A DNA stretch of 63,626 nucleotides, filler included, from Octopus bimaculoides (Eukaryota): the NCBI RefSeq assembly GCF_001194135.2. It is 7 parts of 7 records of this genome, joined end to end, with 100 filler letters (N's around TTAATTAATTAA, not from the genome) between each part and the next. Parts side by side here need not be neighbours in the genome. Positions count along the whole stretch, not along the records: positions 34,130 to 41,260 come from NC_068981.1; positions 41,361 to 54,895 come from NC_068994.1; 5 more parts are not named here. The stretch is one strand, 5' to 3'. The notes under the pieces were generated by a model. That model saw only the letters and a list, made by a program, of their open reading frames with translations, did not search any database and had not been told where the DNA came from. Below are positions 39,096 to 50,819 of the stretch, piece after piece (positions within the stretch are counted from its first letter, which is position 1; every line of letters starts with the position of its first letter). The position numbers and the translations under genes were made by a program.

Positions 39096-39131
39096 NNNNN
39101 NNNNNTATCTATCTATCTATCTATCTATCTT

Positions 39132-39197
<66 letters not shown>

Positions 39198-39430
39198 ATT
39201 CTTTCTGTTTATGCGTGTGTGTATGTATATATGTATGTATATGTGTATGTATATATGGATATGTGTGTGTATATATATATATATATATATGTATGTGCGT
39301 GTGTTTTGTATGCATGTATGTATATACGTACGTATGTACGATGTTTGTATGTACGTCCGTCCGTCCGTACGTACGTACGTACGTATGTATGTATGTATGT
39401 ATGTATTTATGTATGTATGTATGTATGTAT
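38915..39430. repeat. Compound TCTA/TCTG/TC/TATG/TACG microsatellite
   Basis: Direct inspection. Confidence 0.95.
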
Positions 39431-39630
39431 GTATGTGGAAGAGACACACTGTTTTTACTCTACAACTTACTGTTGTTAAAACAGGATTATGATAAAGCAG
39501 TTCACAATGCACAGCTCATGTAATTTCGCTTTCACGGCTGACACCAACAGGAACACCAACGCCACCACACTGCTAACACCACCACCACCGCCACCACCGC
39601 CACCACCGCCGCCGCCAACGTAACAGCAGC

Positions 39631-39664
<34 letters not shown>

Positions 39665-40614
39665 CAACAATAACTGCAACACTTCAGTCATTAATAAATC
39701 TAAAACTATCCAAGACGACATAAGTATATTTCGTTCACATCAATTGCTGCCTTTCCATTTAAATCAAGTTCCATCCCTGAGCTATTAAAAAGCTCGTGAA
39801 AATCGTTTTAGCAGTTTTATCAAGTGGGTAAAGACAGAATTTCGACGAAAATTCATCCAAACGTCATCTACTTCACAGCTATGCTGCTTCGAAAAACAGG
39901 CAGCCATTGTTGTCCGAGAGAATAAACAAATAAGCTAAAAAAAAAAAAAAAAAACATGGCTGCCATACATAGCAATTGTTATTTCAGTTCCTTGAAAAAA
40001 TCTGTCGATTTTCGAGGAACGTTCGTTACTAAGCGCCTGACCGTCGTCCTCATTGTCAATATCTCTGTTAGTAACAATATTCAAAGTTGCGTACATATCC
40101 GTTTATACAAGTGTTATACATATATATNNNNNNNNNNNNNNNNNNNNNNNNNNNNNNNNNNNNNNNNNNNNNNNNNNNNNNNNNNNNNNNNNNNNNNNNN
40201 NNNNNNNNNNNNNNNNNNNNNNNNNNNNNNNNNNNNNNNNNNNNNNNNNNNNNNNNNNNNNNNNNNNNNNNNNNNNNNNNNNNNNNNNNNNNNNNNNNNN
40301 NNNNNNNNNNNNNNNNNNNNNNNNNNNNNNNNNNNNNNNNNNNNNNNNNNNNNNNNNNNNNNNNNNNNNNNNNNNNNNNNNNNNNNNNNNNNNNNNNNNN
40401 NNNNNNNNNNNNNNNNNNNNNNNNNNNNNNNNNNNNNNATATATATATATATAAGAGTATAAGTATATATATGTGTGTGTGTGTGGGTGGGTGGTGAGGG
40501 TAGGTGTGTATGTATCTGTTCGTGTATGTGAATGTGTATGTGTGTCAATCTGTAAACACATGCACATAAATGTATACAAACAGAAACGTACCAACCACAT
40601 GCTAATGTTATAGC

Positions 40615-41041
40615 ATGTTATTCTTTCCCGCTTTTATTTCATTGTGGCCATGCTTGAGCACCGTATTAAAGGGTTGTAAGTCGGAGAAATCAACCCCACA
40701 ACTTATTCTTTGCAAGCCTAGTACTTATTCTATCGGTCCCTTTTGCGGAACTGCAATGTTACGGGGACGTAAACACACTAACATCGGTTGTCAAGCGATG
40801 GCGGAGGAGCGGCAAACACACACACACACACATACACACACACACACGCGCGCGCGCACGCACGCACGCACACAAGTATATATATGCGACGAGTCTTTCT
40901 CAGTTACCGTCAAACAAACCCACTCACAAGGCTTTGATCGGCCCAAGGCTATAGTAGAAGATACTTGCCCAAAGTGCCACGTAGTGGGACTGAAACCTAA
41001 CCATGTGGTTCGGAAGCAAGCTTCTTGCCACTCCGCCATAC

Positions 41042-41042
<1 letters not shown>
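40615..41042 (-). mobile_element. SINE family D
   Basis: Antisense head GGTATGGCGGAGTGGCAAGAAGCTTGCTTCC..GGCACTTTGGGCAAGTATCTTCTACTATAGCC; internal CA/CG microsatellite; same tail as 19436. Confidence 0.9.
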
Positions 41043-41084
<42 letters not shown>

Positions 41085-41260
41085 AACACACATATACACA
41101 CACAAAAAGAGAGTGGAAAAGTTTTTATCCAAGATGTTTGAGTCTTAAATATTTCCACGTCTTCGGAAACTTTTTTCGGTTTTTGGATAGACTGTAAATT
41201 TGTTTCTATAAAACGGTGGTGGAGGGGAGAGGGTAGGCGGGTGGGAACAGGAAGTGACTT

Positions 41261-41360
41261 NNNNNNNNNNNNNNNNNNNNNNNNNNNNNNNNNNNNNNNN
41301 NNNNTTAATTAATTAANNNNNNNNNNNNNNNNNNNNNNNNNNNNNNNNNNNNNNNNNNNN
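41261..41360. other. Assembly spacer
   Basis: 44 N + TTAATTAATTAA + 44 N. Confidence 0.97.
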
Positions 41361-41399
41361 AAATGACTGTAACAAGTAAAAGAGTAAAAGAGTATACCA

Positions 41400-41897
41400 A
41401 TACATCATAATGTCTTTAAGCTTTTGAAGTTCACTAATTTTCCTTGGAAAAACTTGTTGGAAGGGTTAGGATGCATGTGTTTCTCTGTAGTGTTTTTTTT
41501 TTTTCAAAAAGGCTGGATGCTTATGTGTCAAACAGGAAATGGGGTAGTAGTATTCAAGTTCCTGTGGATAAGGAGAGATAAATCTGTGGGTTTTGTACTC
41601 TTTAATTGGAATGCTGGATTCTTTGTCAACAGGATGTTTATATCTGTTCTTAAATTTAATGAGGTAGGTATGGGAAAAAGACTACAGTCACCGTGTAGTT
41701 TGCATATTAAGAAGTGTTTGGAATTTTTCAATAAGAAGATTCTCCCTGTCGATTCTTTCTTGTGTAGTGATTCTGTCTTTACATTGGTAGAGAGGGAAAA
41801 TGAGAAATTTGGGATTTTTATTTCTAGCGCAAGAGTCTATGTGGCCACTGAGTGGAATTTGACGGTACTGTGAGAGATTTATCTGTTCTTTATGGAC
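41400..41897 (-). mobile_element. Penelope-like element: GIY-YIG C-terminus and probable 3' UTR
   Basis: HKEQINLSQYRQIPLSGHIDSCARNKNPKFLIFPLYQCK..ERIDRENLLIEKFQTLLN. Confidence 0.7.
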
Positions 41898-42423
41898 TGC
41901 TACTCTTCTGCGTAAAGGAAGGCTCCACTTCAACTTAGCTAAAAGGATTTGCACCATTATCTCTGACCCAACCACTCGAGACCGATAAGACCTCAAGTCC
42001 TACAAGACCTCAAGGCCTACAAGACCTCAAAAAAACACTATTACAACGCCAGTATCCCTCCACACTCATAGACTATGGAATAAAACGTGCCAAGGAACTC
42101 GATAATAACACACTGAAAACCACCCAACACAGTAACACACCCAACCTCAAAATACTTCCATACATTTCCACCCACAACCCCAAAAACATCGAAGCATACA
42201 CCACAATCATACAAAACTTCCCCTTACTGACCACGGGCCCGAAAATGAATAATATTATCAATACACATAAAATCCTTATATGCAAAAGGCAACACAAATC
42301 ATTGAAAAAACTCTTAACAAATGCCAAACTACATACACCACATCCACCCCATCAGTTAAAAAATGTGCACGCCCTAACTGTGGCACCTACCCCTACCTAC
42401 TTGAAGGCTCTGAATTTACTTTC
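41898..42423 (+). mobile_element. Penelope-like element: RT thumb and linker, inverted relative to its 3' part
   Basis: FNLAKRICTIISDP, LQRQYPSTLIDYGIKRAKEL, ILPYISTHNP, KILICKRQHKSLKKLLTNAK, VKKCARPNCGT(Y)PYLLEG. Confidence 0.85.
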
Positions 42424-43078
42424 NNNNNNNNNNNNNNNNNNNNNNNNNNNNNNNNNNNNNNNNNNNNNNNNNNNNNNNNNNNNNNNNNNNNNNNNNNNNN
42501 NNNNNNNNNNNNNNNNNNNNNNNNNNNNNNNNNNNNNNNNNNNNNNNNNNNNNNNNNNNNNNNNNNNNNNNNNNNNNNNNNNNNNNNNNNNNNNNNNNNN
42601 NNNNNNNNNNNNNNNNNNNNNNNNNNNNNNNNNNNNNNNNNNNNNNNNNNNNNNNNNNNNNNNNNNNNNNNNNNNNNNNNNNNNNNNNNNNNNNNNNNNN
42701 NNNNNNNNNNNNNNNNNNNNNNNNNNNNNNNNNNNNNNNNNNNNNNNNNNNNNNNNNNNNNNNNNNNNNNNNNNNNNNNNNNNNNNNNNNNNNNNNNNNN
42801 NNNNNNNNNNNNNNNNNNNNNNNNNNNNNNNNNNNNNNNNNNNNNNNNNNNNNNNNNNNNNNNNNNNNNNNNNNNNNNNNNNNNNNNNNNNNNNNNNNNN
42901 NNNNNNNNNNNNNNNNNNNNNNNNNNNNNNNNNNNNNNNNNNNNNNNNNNNNNNNNNNNNNNNNNNNNNNNNNNNNNNNNNNNNNNNNNNNNNNNNNNNN
43001 NNNNNNNNNNNNNNNNNNNNNNNNNNNNNNNNNNNNNNNNNNNNNNNNNNNNNNNNNNNNNNNNNNNNNNNNNNNNNN

Positions 43079-43129
<51 letters not shown>

Positions 43130-43177
43130 TACAGAGAGAGACAGAGAGAGAGACAGACAGACACAGAGAGAGAGAAA

Positions 43178-43239
43178 GTCGTCAGAATTTTGGAAAAAAT
43201 CCTTTTATTTCTTCATTTTTTTTCCAAAATTCTGACGAC
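43178..43239. other. Perfect 22-bp inverted repeat with an 18-nt loop
   Basis: GTCGTCAGAATTTTGGAAAAAA (43178-43199) and TTTTTTCCAAAATTCTGACGAC (43218-43239). Confidence 0.95.
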
Positions 43240-43941
43240 ATTTTTTCTCAATATTCAATTTCTGTACATCGCACCTCACACTCTATACATACATACATAC
43301 ATGCATACATACATGCATACATACATATACTAGCTGACGTATCCGGTAATTCCTGGAAAAGCGGGGATTATCCCTTGGTTCCGTTTCGTAATTGTTTCGC
43401 TAATCCAATAACAACAATACAAAGTATGTAGCTCTTAAAACGATTTTTTGTGCATTTAGAGAGAATGCCAAACTGTCTTACATAGGATCTTGTTTTTAGG
43501 AAATCTCAATAAGCTATGAATACCCAGATCGTGAAGTTAGTTACGTAATAACATGAAATTAGTTACCCGATAGTTAGAATTCAAATAAAGTAACCCCGAA
43601 AGGGGCTTTAATGCGTTCCCAGAGTATATAGAACTTAGGAGGAAATACCAATAAGGTATTTATACCCAAATCGTGAAGCATGTTACGGAATAACAGACTA
43701 ATCAGATATGAGAGGATAATAATTCAAAATAAATAACCCCGAACAAGGCTTTTGTGCGTTCCCAGAGAATATTATACTTAGGGGCGCTAGTGTTGAAATA
43801 GATTTACAGTGAACGTAGAAACAGACTGACATTTAGTTTTACAGTAGACATACAAATGAATTAGCATATAAATTTTAAAATAAAATAACATGTAGATTAT
43901 CAATACGTTTACAACACTTAAAAATATTACAGTTAAATAAT

Positions 43942-44550
43942 TTTTTCTTCTCTAGGCACAAGGCCCGAAATTTTAGGCGAGGGGGCCAGTCGATTAGATC
44001 GACCCCAGTACTTAATTTATCGACCCCGAAAGGATGAAAGGCAAAGTCGACGTCGGTGGAATTTGAACTCAGAACGTAAAGACAGCTGAAATACCTATTT
44101 CTTTACTGCCCACAAGGGTTTATACACAGAGGGGACAAACAAGGACAGGCAAACAGATTAAGTCGATTATATCGACTCCAGTGCGTAACTGGTACTTATT
44201 TAATCGACCCCGAAAGGATGAAAGGCAAAGTCGACCTCGGCGGAATTTGAACTCAGAACGTAGCGACAGACGAAATACCGCTAAGCATTTCGTCCGGCGT
44301 GCTAACGTTTCTGCCAGCTCGCCGCCTTCTATTCTTTTTCTACTCTAGGCACAAGGCCCGAAATTTTTATAGAGGGTGCCAGTCGATTAGTTCGACCCCA
44401 GTACACAACTGGTACTTAATTTATCGACTCCGAAAGGATGAAAGGCAAAGTCAGCCTCGGCGGAATTTGAACTCAGAACGTAAAGACAGACGAAATACCG
44501 TTAAGCATCTCGCCCGGCGAGCCTGCGTTTCTGCCAGCTCGCCGCCTTAC
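43942..44550 (-). mobile_element. Three family-A SINE units in tandem inside one TSD
   Basis: Units at ~43942-44096, 44097-44327 and 44328-44550; flanks AAATATTACAGTTAAATAAT (43922-43941) and AAATATAACAGTTAAATAAT (44551-44570), 19/20 identical. Confidence 0.9.
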
Positions 44551-44597
44551 AAATATAACAGTTAAATAATAAATGCCTGATGATTTGGTGAATCGTA

Positions 44598-47012
44598 TTA
44601 AAGTTGCAAAGCTTCTTGATAAACAACATTTTTGGTCTCTCCTTGTGGGACATAAATAAACAAATGATTAGGATTGCCGACTCTTGAGCATCCCACATAA
44701 TGTTGGCAATGGGAGAAAATTGGTTCTGCAAAATTCAGACCTACCACATCCAAGAACTAACCCTGGGCCTTGTTAATGCTCATTGCAAGCTCAGTTTCAA
44801 CGGGAATTGCAGGAGCTTGTACTGGAAAGGCATATTCGAGGGAATAAGTGGAATTCTAGGAATGAATACAGGCTCATCTCTTGCTTTACCAGTGAAAATT
44901 GTTGTCTCCAAGACTGTTGGCATCATCTTCTTTATTATAAGTCCTGTGTCATTGCAAAGCTTTGGTGGATCGAGGTTTCGATGCCGCATAACTGGTGCCC
45001 CGATCTTGAGGTGCAAGTTGTGAGGTGGGAGGCCGGGTGGTGTTAGACTATTCAAGAATTCAACTAGATAATTAACAGCTTCATCGATATTGAGTACAGT
45101 GTCAATAGAATTGTAGATGTGACGCTCATCTGACAGCTGTTCCAGAACTTTGATGTTCAAATCATCAACTGCCACATTCTTTGGAGCTAAAATGGCACGT
45201 GTTTTTAGCCAGTTGTAGTCTGTAAACTGATTCCTCAGGTTAGGAAGCACCTTATTCATTAGTTCCTTTAAATCAGATAGCATATGTCCCAAAGGCAAGC
45301 TTACCCGGTCATCCTTCTCGCCAACCGAAGTGCCATTACCAAATAAACTTCACTCACAGTAAAAAAAACTTTGAAAAGATTTTGTCCGCGTCATCACCAC
45401 TGAGCTACACTCTCATGCTGGTTGTGAGTGTCAGCTTTTGCACTCTGCTCCATAGGTAGGACGACTTTATGCTGGCATTTACCTCATCAGCTCTTGTCCC
45501 CTTTGGAGCCATGGGAAGGGTTTGTTTAAAGTCTCCTGCAAGCAATACTATGAACCTCCCATGAGTCTGGTATTGTGTCTCAAATCCTGAAGGTCCATGT
45601 CAAGTGCTTCAAAGGAAACCTTACGGTTGATGATCATCCTGCATTCACCCAGAAGTATAGAACCACAACTGATGTTGCAGTTTGTCTTCTCTTTCTTGGA
45701 CATGTCCAAAGGAAGTTTGAAACAGGAAAGAGCTGTGTGGCCACCACTTAGCAGAGTTGCAGCTATTCCACTTGATGCCACTGCTGTGACAAAGTGTTCC
45801 ATTTGGCGCAGTTTAGCCAGAAGAAGTTTGATGACAAATATCTTGCCAGTTCCACTTGGAGCATCCAGAAAGAAAAAACCTGTTTCACTTTCAATGCTCG
45901 AAATAATGGTCTTATAAACATCCAGTTGGTCCTCCATCAGTTTGTGTTCGTTATCAACTATATACGCCGTCATTTCCGCGATGTCGTAGCTAATTTCTTG
46001 CAGGTACTTCTCCAGTGTATGGTCCCAGTGAGCATCGCCCTCCAGTAGTCCATGTTTGGCTTCTCTGTAGATGCAGACTTCCCCATTGTGTCTTCGAAGA
46101 TTTGTGAATGATGTAGGACTTCTGAGACTGTGCAGCAGAAGACGCAGAAAGAAGCACTCTTGCTGATTAGGGTGCACAGTGTATACCTGCCCAATGGCCC
46201 CACTTCTGAAGACATCATCTTCCCAGCCCTCAATGTGTGTTCCTAGCTTGCGTCTGATCCATCTATTGTGTGCCCAGGTATAATACACGAGAACCTCAAC
46301 AGAGTTCAAGCAAACAGATCACATTGGCATAATTTGCAGAAAGCTGTCAAAGTGGTTTCTGGTGGATTCAGAGCTACGTTTCGAGCATTGTCTCCTGTGA
46401 AATATACACGCTGGCCTTTTTCAGGATGTACAGATAGATTCACCACTGTTGGATGCCGTTCGTGAATTTCCAAGCCCAGGGTGTGTCACATTGCCTCGTT
46501 AGAGGAAATATACCTGCCCAACTTATATTGCTGAATTTCATCTGCCTGCCCTTCTGTTCAAGTCCCAAAGTCGCCCTATCTGAGCCCTTATTCATGTATT
46601 TACATACTTTTTATAGAGTTGCATGACTCAATATTAACATGGGCCTGCAATGTTTTAGACAGCAATGGGTTGTAGGGCACGATCCACCTGTTGTCAATTT
46701 CAATCTCTTGACCATTAACTTTGAACTTGGTAGTGTTTCCATCATCTGGTTTTCGGCGCCTGTAGAGTGGGTAACCGTCATATCCATACGTGTCTCGTGG
46801 ATAAATTCCCTGGAGAACCATTTGATGCACTTCTTGTGCTCCATGCAGGGTGATTGGGGATTGAAGACACCACAGAAACCATGAACCATCTGTGTCTTGA
46901 TGATGTTGTACAGTACCATGTCTTGTTCTGGGTTTGGCAATTCTGCACAAATGTTGTCATCAATGTTCTCTGGTAGAACGCACACGTATTCATACAATGT
47001 AACCACTTGCAA
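44598..47012 (-). pseudogene. Helitron Rep-PIF1 helicase pseudogene
   Basis: ICAELPNPEQD..MVHGFCG..SPCM, GYPLYRRR..DNRWIVPYNPLL..AHVNIESC (Rep); GQVYTVHP..ECFFLRLLL, FFLDAPSGTGK, AVASSGIAATLLSGG (PIF1); RAILAPKN, GLPPHNLHLKIG, VFIPRIPLIP..QFPLKL, GCSRVGNP..TKNVVYQEAL*. Many frameshifts. Confidence 0.95.
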
Positions 47013-48321
47013 CCTATAACTGCAATGATATTGTTTTGGAAATGGCTTGACTATATATATAGGAAATTTAGTAGAGAGGTAAATAGCTATATTTTGTTAT
47101 TTATGAGAACAGAAATGTCAGGATAAGTCTAGCTTCTTTCTACAGGTAAATTCTGCTTAAGTGAGGTTAAATGTCAAGTGGCGATAAAATACATCGCTAA
47201 GGATAGCTATTGTTCTGGCTGTCAACCTGTGAGGTCTTATTGTTTTTTAATAAGAACCATAGCATTTGCTGGCTAATTGGAAAATTGAAGATTTGATTTC
47301 GATTCTAATGCTAGCTGGTTTGCAAATGAAAATGTATTTCACGCGTTTTGTTACAGCTTCTGTAATACATGGAGGGAGAAATGATCAGTGAGCAAAAGAG
47401 AAAAAAAGGAAAATGAATAGGCTATTTCCCTTGGCTGTTAAAGGAAAATAGATGAATTATATGTGGACACTTCTAGGGGCCCTAGCCATCCAATTATAGA
47501 TTTTTTATTAAACTTCAATGAGCCTAGTAACAAACTGGATGTTACTTTAACATGTTGGCAAAGTTTCACGAAAATTCTTTAACGGGTGTAGACGGAAACT
47601 TGATACAGACATCCAAACAGACAACCAAACAGACTCACGTTTNNNNNNNNNNNNNNNNNNNNNNNNNNNNNNNNNNNNNNNNNNNNNNNNNNNNNNNNNN
47701 NNNNNNNNNNNNNNNNNNNNNNNNNNNNNNNNNNNNNNNNNNNNNNNNNNNNNNNNNNNNNNNNNNNNNNNNNNNNNNNNNNNNNNNNNNNNNNNNNNNN
47801 NNNNNNNNNNNNNNNNNNNNNNNNNNNNNNNNNNNNNNNNNNNNNNNNNNNNNNNNNNNNNNNNNNNNNNNNNNNNNNNNNNNNNNNNNNNNNNNNNNNN
47901 NNNNNNNNNNNNNNNNNNNNNNNNNNNNNNNNNNNNNNNNNNNNNNNNNNNNNNNNNNNNNNNNNNNNNNNNNNNNNNNNNNNNNNNNNNNNNNNNNNNN
48001 NNNNNNNNNNNNNNNNNNNNNNNNNNNNNNNNNNNNNNNNNNNNNNNNNNNNNNNNNNNNNNNNNNNNNNNNNNNNNNNNNNNNNNNNNNNNNNNNNNNN
48101 NNNNNNNNNNNNNNNNNNNNNNNNNNNNNNNNNNNNNNNNNNNNNNNNNNNNNNNNNNNNNNNNNNNNNNNNNNNNNNNNNNNNNNNNNNNNNNNNNNNN
48201 NNNNNNNNNNNNNNNNNNNNNNNNNNNNNNNNNNNNNNNNNNNNNNNNNNNNNNNNNNNNNNNNNNNNNNNNNNNNNNNNNNNNNNNNNNNNNNNNNNNN
48301 NNNNNNNNNNNNNNNNNNNNN

Positions 48322-48680
48322 CCACAGTTTTTTCTCTAACCCAACCTTCCAGCCTGGCTCGTTCCCCTGCTCCTGCCCACGCTGCCGTACTTGCTTTTAC
48401 CTCTCCAGCACCACCCTCCTCACCGGCACCCATCATCGACCCTATCACATCACCGACTCCTTCTCCTGCACTTCTACCAATATCATCTACTGCATCCCCT
48501 GCTCTCTCTGCTCTTCTCTATACATCGGGCAAACGGGACGCCGCTTGGCTGACCGGTTCGCGGAACACCTCCGAGACATCCGACTTGGCAATGATACTGC
48601 GGTCTCGCGCCATATCTGCTCTACCGGTCACTCTTTGCAACATCTATCCGTGTTCGGATTGTCCTACTTCTCTTCATTCC
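48322..48680 (+). mobile_element. Penelope-like element GIY-YIG endonuclease fragment (second family)
   Basis: GSFPCSCPRCRTC..ITDSFSCTSTNIIYCIPCSLCSSLYIGQTGRRLADRFAEHLRDI..VSRH. Confidence 0.92.
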
Positions 48681-49219
48681 TACTCTCTTTCTCTCTTCTC
48701 TCTTCTTTTCACTCCTACCCACCTTCTCTTTCTCCCCATCATCGTCACACTTCCCTCGTAAGCCCACCCCACTCCTACACATTCCAACCCTACCTTTCAT
48801 ATCCTTCCATATCCTTCCACTCCCACCCACCCCATCCTGTACACTCACTCCCACATACCACCACCTCTACCCTCACCCTCAGCCTACCCATATACCCCAC
48901 ATCTACGCCCACCCTCAGCCTAACCCACACCACACCCTTGCTTTCCCCACTCTCGCCTCCCTCACCTCCCAACACCATCACACACACCACACACCACTAC
49001 ACCATAGCACACAACACATCACATCACAAAACACCAACGCGCACACACCATCACTGACCAATTCCCAGTCTCACATTTTCACACATAGACACACACACAC
49101 GTCAAGATCACCAGCCCTCTTCCACACGCACATACGAACTCTCTTATACACACGCACGCGCACCTTCATTTTGGGATCATCACTACTTTATTATCTCCCA
49201 TTCTTCCTAGCTCTCTTGT

Positions 49220-49400
49220 GTGACCCTTCTGCCCGGATTTCGCCATGATAGATCGCTAGCCACTACACATTCTTTTTTTCTCTCTTTGTTTCTTTCTGTG
49301 TTCCTCTCTGTGGAAGAGCGTAGGCTCGAAACGCTAAAGACTTGTTCACTTCCCGAGCGTTATACTAATACATCTGTTTGTTGTCTACACCACCTGTCTT
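49220..49400 (+). mobile_element. Probable Penelope terminal-repeat segment with a degenerate hammerhead-like core
   Basis: CTGTGGA A GAGC-GTAG-GCTC GAAAC GCTA at 49308-49336: stem II and GAAAC intact, CUGANGA mutated; lies downstream of the GIY-YIG fragment on the same strand. Confidence 0.5.
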
Positions 49401-49538
49401 CGTCTTTTTTTTGTGAATTCTCCCCCTTTCCCCCTATATATATACATATATGTATGAATGTATGTATATATATATATATATTCGTCTTTTTTTGTGAATT
49501 CTCCCCCTCTCCCCCTATATATATACATATATGTATGA

Positions 49539-49590
<52 letters not shown>

Positions 49591-49689
49591 TCATACATAT
49601 ATGTATATATATAGGGGGAGAGGGGGAGAATTCACAAAAAAAAAGAGGAAGACAGGTGGTGTAGACAACAAACAGATGTATTAGTATAA
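49360..49689. repeat. Long palindrome centred on (TA)n
   Basis: 49587-49689 is the reverse complement of 49360-49461 apart from a few substitutions; part of the left arm is also duplicated in tandem at ~49481-49541. Confidence 0.9.
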
Positions 49690-49805
49690 TACATATACAC
49701 ACATATATGTATACATATATATATACATATATATATATATATACACATATATATACACACATATATATACACATATATATATATACATATATGTATGAAT
49801 GTATG

Positions 49806-49869
<64 letters not shown>

Positions 49870-50374
49870 TATGTATACATATATATATACATATATATAT
49901 ATATACACATATATATACATACACATATATACACATATATATATACATATATGTAAATATATAAATACATACGTTTATTTGTGAGGACGTATGTGCATGT
50001 ATGTGTATCTATGAATGTCTGCGCATGTATTGTGTGTTCTCTATTGTGCATATCATACAAGTACTTAGAAATGCATATACGTTTATAAAAATATGCATTT
50101 GCAACATGCACGCACACATGCGCCTACAGAGACATGTCCTGGCACACAGACATGCATAAATATTCAATTACATTAGCAATTATTTATTTTCTGGATTCAA
50201 GAATATGCAAACTAAGCTGGGAATCATATTCTGCATTCCATACACATAAAGACATAGACCTGTATGCTTATATAAATACATATAAACGTACAGACTCATA
50301 CAAGACAATCTCACATTCTTTCTCTGAGTCACTCCCTTTCATACAAACGCAACCGACATTCTTGCACACATATA

Positions 50375-50590
50375 CAAGAGGGTACTGATAAGTTCTTGGC
50401 TTTAAGAGTATCACTAAAGGTCTCGTTCGTAGCCCAGCCTTCCAGGTTCTTTTACAGGGCTTAGAAAAACTGAAGGACCGCTGAAATAAGTGTGCACATC
50501 TGAGAGGAGAATATGTCGAATAAAATCATAAATAACTGATCCCTCTGTATTTTCTTTTACCCAGAGCCAGGAACTTTTTAACACCCTTCG
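50375..50590 (+). mobile_element. Non-autonomous mariner deletion derivative
   Basis: TA|CAAGAGGGTACTGATAAGTTCTTGGCT ... AGCCAGGAACTTTTTAACACCCTTCG|TA; the interior encodes the mariner C-terminus GLEKLKDR*NKCAHLRGEYVE*. Confidence 0.88.
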
Positions 50591-50819
50591 TACACACACA
50601 TACACACACATTTCCTCCCTTCCTCTCTCTCAAATGCACTTACATGCATATGCTTGTGTATAAACGTTCAGGATATGCGCGTTTATGTGCGCGTACTTGT
50701 TTGCTCATGTGCGTGAGTGTGTGTGTCTTTTTATAACCCAAACAGAGAAAAGATACTAAGACACAAAGGCATGTTCCCAGACATGAAGCGAAAGATACAG
50801 GTAGGAGACTAACATCATC

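Larger units (their letters stand above)
43330..47642 (-). mobile_element. Helitron, internally deleted and probably composite
   Basis: 3' end CTAG|T at 43330 preceded by a degenerate GC hairpin; Rep-helicase remnants at 44598-47012; Helitron-like 5' sequence (AAACGTGAGTCTGTTTGGTTGTCTGTTTGGATG) running into the gap at 47643. That all parts belong to one element is inferred. Confidence 0.65.
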
